Origin: Anolis carolinensis
Lineage: Eukaryota
Direction of reading: 5' to 3'
Assembly: GCF_035594765.1 (NCBI RefSeq)
Contig: NC_085845.1
Location: forward strand, 155,698,897-155,762,896
DNA length: 64,000 nucleotides
The translations under genes and the position numbers were made by a program. The notes under the pieces were generated by a model. It was not told where the DNA came from. It saw only the letters and a program-made list of their open reading frames with translations, and ran no database searches. This document shows positions 58,741 to 64,000 of this stretch, piece after piece (the first letter of the stretch is position 1; each line of letters begins with the position of its first letter).

Positions 58741-61154
58741 AGACCTCTAAATTGCCAAGGACAACAGATTAGACTCAAATGGGTCAATCTGGCTAAAACC
58801 CATTCTGAATGAAAGCTTTGTTGAAAGTATTTTATTTGCATTCACACACACTGAGCCAAAATCCTATTTCTCATATACTCAGGATAAGCGATCACATACA
58901 AAGGAAGGAACAGGATCACAACACTAGCTGCACTTTATAGGTATTCTGATGTCTCTCTGCATTAAGTCTTCTAATATCAACAGTGTTGCTTAATGCAAAC
59001 TGGCAGATACTCCCCAAAGTATGTATCAAGAGGTCGAATAGCCAGATGCCTTAGAAGCAACTCAAACTGTGGCTTAGGCACCTTGTGTCCATCTGCTCCC
59101 CAGGCTTCTGTCCATGGAACAAGAAGGCAATTTGCACCAATTCCTACTACCCCATATTCCTCTGAAAGCCTCTCCCCACCCAAAAAAATTAAGTTGGAGA
59201 AGAGAAGGTGGCCCTTCAGAAGTACATGATGTAGAAGGCTACAAGGGAGGGGGAGAGGTGAAAATAATCTAATTTTGCATTCAGATGACAGATGCCACTG
59301 CAGGATCAAGGGACCTTCTGCCAGCAGAAGATACTGACGCATCCTTTACTTAACAAATCTCTCACAACCTCCTTATAATACTGGTTTGAGCCTCTTTAAG
59401 TAGTAAGAGGTCAAAACATGTCCCTCTCTATTTATAGGCATTAGCCAGACATCTTGGTTATATTCAAGAATAGCTCAAATTACAGTGTGTAATTTCAAGT
59501 TGTACACTTTCAAGTGGAAAAAGCCAACTGCAGTATTATTTCTCCCTGTTTGTCAACAGAGGATGGCTTTCACCATTCAAAGGCAGTGTAATGTTTACTA
59601 TTATTAGAGACGACATATAGGTATGCTAATATTTTAAATGCGGCTCTAGTCTATCACATATAGATCTTGGTGGAGATTATGGGTCTAATTTTCAGGACAA
59701 ATCATCATTTGATCACAAAGCTGTGACATCTCTTAAACCTGCAACTTCTTTTTAAAAAATGATTTATTTCTCTAAAGATGGCCCATCCTGCTCACTAGCA
59801 AAGAATGTAACCTCAACTAGGAAGATACTGGGAAGGTATGGCTTTGGCAAGTAATAATCTAGCACAGGAAGAATTTATTTTCATTGATATGATCCCTTTT
59901 TTCTGAAAATCAGCAGCACCTCTTCATATAAGATTTACATTCCAATCTTGGGCCAGGTATTTTCGGAGCTCTGAGTCCAATGAGGTTCAGAGGGGCTTAC
60001 TCCAATGTAAATGTGAATATGATTATAACTGAAATCTGCAAAGTCATAATATTAACACTAATAACCTTATAAATACCCATCTTCCATCTTGCATTACAGG
60101 AAGGGCGTAGAATTTAATCTGGCCGGCTAGAGATCTCAATACAACCAAGAAAGGATGTACAGAATGTCCACTACACACTTCAACTCTTACCCTGATCACA
60201 AAAGTTAATGGAGAAAGGCGGGTGGACTGAGACGGAAGCCCACTTCTCAGAGATTGGAGATAATGTGATGAGGTGAGGGGAGAGGATGTCACAAAACTAA
60301 GTACCAAGACTATTGGTACCCGATCTGATTGAAATGAGCCATACAAATGAGAGAAAAAAATAAATGTTGTCTATGTTCCTGGCTAACGAAGAGATTTTAA
60401 AAAAAAATAATGAGAGTTAAATAGTCAATTTATGCTTAGCTTCAAAGCCTTAACTGCTTTATTTCCACATGCCTTTTGTACCTTCAACCATTCTACAATT
60501 CTCTTTAATACAATACCAGAACTACACTCAATCTTCTAAATACGTAATGGAATTCTGATCCATTTCCCCTCCATAAAGGTAATAATGTTGCTTACTTTTC
60601 AATTAGGGAACAGAATTAAACTACATTTCAGTGGTCATTCTCCTATGAATCCATATTGGCATATATAGTACGCCAACCCCCATCCCACCCCATATCTGTG
60701 GGGCCAGTACTTAACATGTCACTGTTCCAATTCTTTAAAAAAATGACCTCTTTAGTAATTTACTAGGTCCTCCAGCATTACTCTATGGTATTTTTAGGTC
60801 AGAGTTCATTTCAGTAGGGTTTTCTATTATCCGTAATTTTGCATATCCATGCAAAGGCTAGGAATGTATCATCCATGAATATGAAGGTCATGTCATATCT
60901 TTTCTAAGCAGTTACAGGCCCTTTTAGAATCCATATGCACGTATATTTTGTTCTAATATAATCCTTTAAAACTTGCATTGCATTTCCCCAGACGTTTCGT
61001 AGCTTAATGCTTCAAGTGGACAAAGTAAATGACCTTGATTTGTTTATTTAGATAATTTATTTAGATAACCACTTAAGGGGAAATTTCATTTCAATTTGAA
61101 AGTAGGAGAAAATGGTACAAAAGATCCAACTTTCAGACTTTTAGGAGCAACTGA

Positions 61155-61393
61155 GGCTCCATCTGATCAGTTAATACAACTGATCAGTTAATACAATTCA
61201 AAGCTAGCTTCAAACTGTGGTGGCTCTCACAAAGGTCCTTAGTGCACACCAGTGCTCTGTGGTTTGTGTGTAATCACCATCTGGGGTTCAAACTGGTTCC
61301 AAGATCTCCTATGTATGTAATCATCTGCACAGTGAAGCCCCTTTCTTCAATATCAGTTTGAAACTGCATTAAACTGTCAGTGTAGATGGGGCC
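61155..61393. mobile_element. Possible PIF/Harbinger-type MITE
   Basis: GGC(T/C)CCATCT inverted termini; TGA/TAA 3-bp flanks. Confidence 0.45.
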
Positions 61394-62407
61394 TAAGAGA
61401 GTGCTGACATGTATTGATTTTCAGCTTTTAGGCTAACAGTTCACTGGTCACTAGTGGCAACCAGAAGTTGCTCCCGAGCTGACCAGTAGCTCAGAAAATG
61501 AGCTTTGTAACAGTTTCTCCAGGATGATGCATCTATTCCTTTTGAATTAATTTCAAAAATCACTTCAATAGGCAATGGTGTTATCCTGCAAGCCAGTATC
61601 AGAAGCCACGGATTTCTGCAATGGCATTATATATGAAGCCCTGTATACCAAGTATGATTCACCATTATTTAAACTTTTTTTTTGCCTTGAAGTTCAGTCA
61701 TACAAAAAGTTGTGCTCTACATTAAGCCAATGCAAAAACTACTACACAACACCGGTTTACACAAACCTTTAAAAAAGGTTTTAAAATGGATGTAATTTGT
61801 AGGTCATGCAATATTACCTATGGCACAGTAGGTGAAAATGACACCTCAGTAATTCTAAAGCTCCAGATTACTTCACATTTTTCTGGGTCAATATAAGGTA
61901 GTAAAAAAAATTATAAGCAATAGGAGGGAGATATGTATATTTGCCTTCATAGTTCCGGTGCATTGCTGCTTGTTAACTTGTGCTTTGTTTTTGTCAGTTA
62001 CACATTATGAAAGGGATCCAATAATGAGAAGCTGCTATACAAGTGGCCCTTTGTGCTCCTCTCAGCTTGCAAATATTCAATTGAAATTGAAATTGAAATT
62101 CTAGGACTGCTGAGAATTTAAAAACACATGGTTGCTAAGATTTTACTTTCACAGTTAAAAGGTATATTTTGTGTGTTTACTTACAAAAATAGAAGCACAT
62201 CTTATTGCTCATATTAAAAAATGGGTGTACAAATGTCTCTCCAAAACAGTGTTCTAACCATCAAGATTTTTATTTTCATACTTAAATGCATACTGAGCTT
62301 CAGGTTTTCATTTAGGTTGAACATACCCAAGCCATTTTGACATTCTAGAAAGATGACATTCCTAACCATCTCTACAGTATGAAAATGGCAGTGTTTATCT
62401 AGCCGTT

Positions 62408-62737
62408 AAAAGGTAAAGGTAAAGTTTTTATTCTGACATTAAGTCTAGTCATGTTCGACTCTGAGAGTTGATGCTCATCTCAATTTCTAAGCCAAAGAGC
62501 CAGCGTTGTCTATAGACACCTCCAAGGTCATGTGGCTGGCATGACTGCATGGAGCACTGTTACCTTCCCGCCAGTACCTATTGATCTACTCACATTTGCA
62601 TGTTTTCGAACTGCTAGTTTGGCAGAAGATGGGGCTAACAGCAGGAGCTTACCCCGCTCCCTGATTCGAACCACCGACCTTTCAGTCAGCAAGTTCAGCA
62701 GCTCAGCGGTTTAACCCACTGCGCCACCGCGGGCTCC
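62408..62737 (-). mobile_element. Sauria SINE
   Basis: Same family as 39297-39625. Confidence 0.88.
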
Positions 62738-63354
62738 TTTTATCTAGCCATTACGCTGCAAATACAAGTAACACATATTTCCTTCCCCTTCACAAGCATA
62801 CTTTTTGTCAGTAGGATTTATTAAGTAAAATAATTTGTTACAACTATCACAATATAAGATCGTTGAAAAAATAACAAAATCCTCCTAAATCATATTTTTT
62901 CATATTGTTTTAGATAAATTGAACATGATGTTGATGTAAAAGTTCCTTCATTCTTTTCTTTTATTTCTTTACATATTACTTGGCCTTAACAATTCTTCCT
63001 GAATTAGTATCACAAGCATTTTTTCACTTGCAAAGTTGAACGCATTATCATAATCGTTGCAGGGTCATATGGCAGACCAACCAAATATGCATAGACTTTT
63101 TTTTTATGCAGCACGCATCATCATATTCAGCTATAAAGCCATTCTGGATTATTGGCTAACATGTCGTGTGCAACAAAATCAGGCTTTTTGCTAGTTTGAT
63201 TTAGAATCAGCAACATTTTTTAAAAAATTATGCAACCGAAAAGCAGTGAAACGAAAGTGTATGCCAATCTAACATGCTTGAGGACATTACAATACCATTG
63301 TTAATTGTACAGTTATAACCTAATGTTAAAGATTAAAGCATTGGCAATTTCAGT

Positions 63355-64000
63355 TGACCAATTTCAAACCTCCCATTTTTAGGCAAGGTTTTGGAGCGAA
63401 TAGTGGCCTCTCAACTCCAGGGATCCTTGGATGACACCGATTATCTTGACCCATTCCAGTCTGGCTTCAGGCCTGGTCATGGGACTGAGACGGTTTTGGT
63501 CGCCTTGGTGGATGACCTCCGTAGAGAGCTTAACAGGGGGAGTGTGTCCCTGTTCGTTCTCTTAGACATCTCAGCGGCTTTCGATACCATCGACCATGGT
63601 ATCCTTCTGGGACAGCTCTCCGGGATGGGCCTTGGGGGTACTGCTCTGCAGTGGCTCCAGTCCTTCCTGGAGGGCCGATCCCAGATGGTGAAGCTGGGGG
63701 GACACTTGCTCAGACCCCTGGCCTTTGACCTATGGGGTCCCGCAAGGTTCTATTCTTTCCCCCATGCTTTTCAATATCTACATGAAACCACTGGGCGAGG
63801 TCATCCGGAGTTTTGGAGTTTGGTGCCATCTCTACGCAGATGACACTCAACTCCACTACTCCTTTCCACCTACTTCCAAGGAAGCCCCTCGGACCCTAGA
63901 CCAGCGTCTGGCCACTGTAATGGGCTGGATGAGGGCCAACAAGTTGAAGCTTAATCCTGATAAGACAGAGGTCCTCCAGGTCAGTCGTTCGACTGATCGG
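63355..64000 (+). mobile_element. L2 LINE RT fragment, running off the window
   Basis: DPFQSGFRPGHGTET, LLDISAAFDTIDH, then after a frameshift GVPQGS and YADDTQL. Confidence 0.92.

Noticed and set aside
58477-60346. ORFs of 78-121 aa upstream of the ATG exon
   Set aside because: No recognisable homology or splice-consistent link to the gene; treated as chance ORFs

Overview
Vertebrate genomic DNA from a squamate reptile, most likely an Anolis-type lizard (Sauria SINEs, Bov-B, young L2, Penelope, hAT and Tc1 MITEs). The whole window lies inside one minus-strand gene of the oxysterol-binding-protein-related ORP5/ORP8 family. I traced 20 coding exons by hand, all GT-AG and phase-compatible, from an ATG at 53454 down to 697. 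The last (transmembrane) exon lies beyond the window start. The body is OSBPL8-like, but the first coding exon is OSBPL5-like. The introns hold many mobile elements. The most notable is an intact, very young Ty3/Gypsy (Tf1/sushi-type) LTR retrotransposon (28425-34765), plus a solo LTR of a sister subfamily (19549-20690). Its pol frame has no chromodomain and reads about 139 codons into the 3' LTR, giving the integrase an acidic tail with the motif [15 protein letters not shown]. That motif closely resembles the LEDGF/p75 IBD-binding (TND-interacting) motif of CDCA7L/JPO2 and is under apparent purifying selection. This is a candidate host-mimicry system for integration targeting. The element also shows a self-priming PBS, a -1 frameshift signal and a UNCG hairpin. 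Family names and reference sequences come from recall, not database searches. Boundaries of old repeats are approximate.
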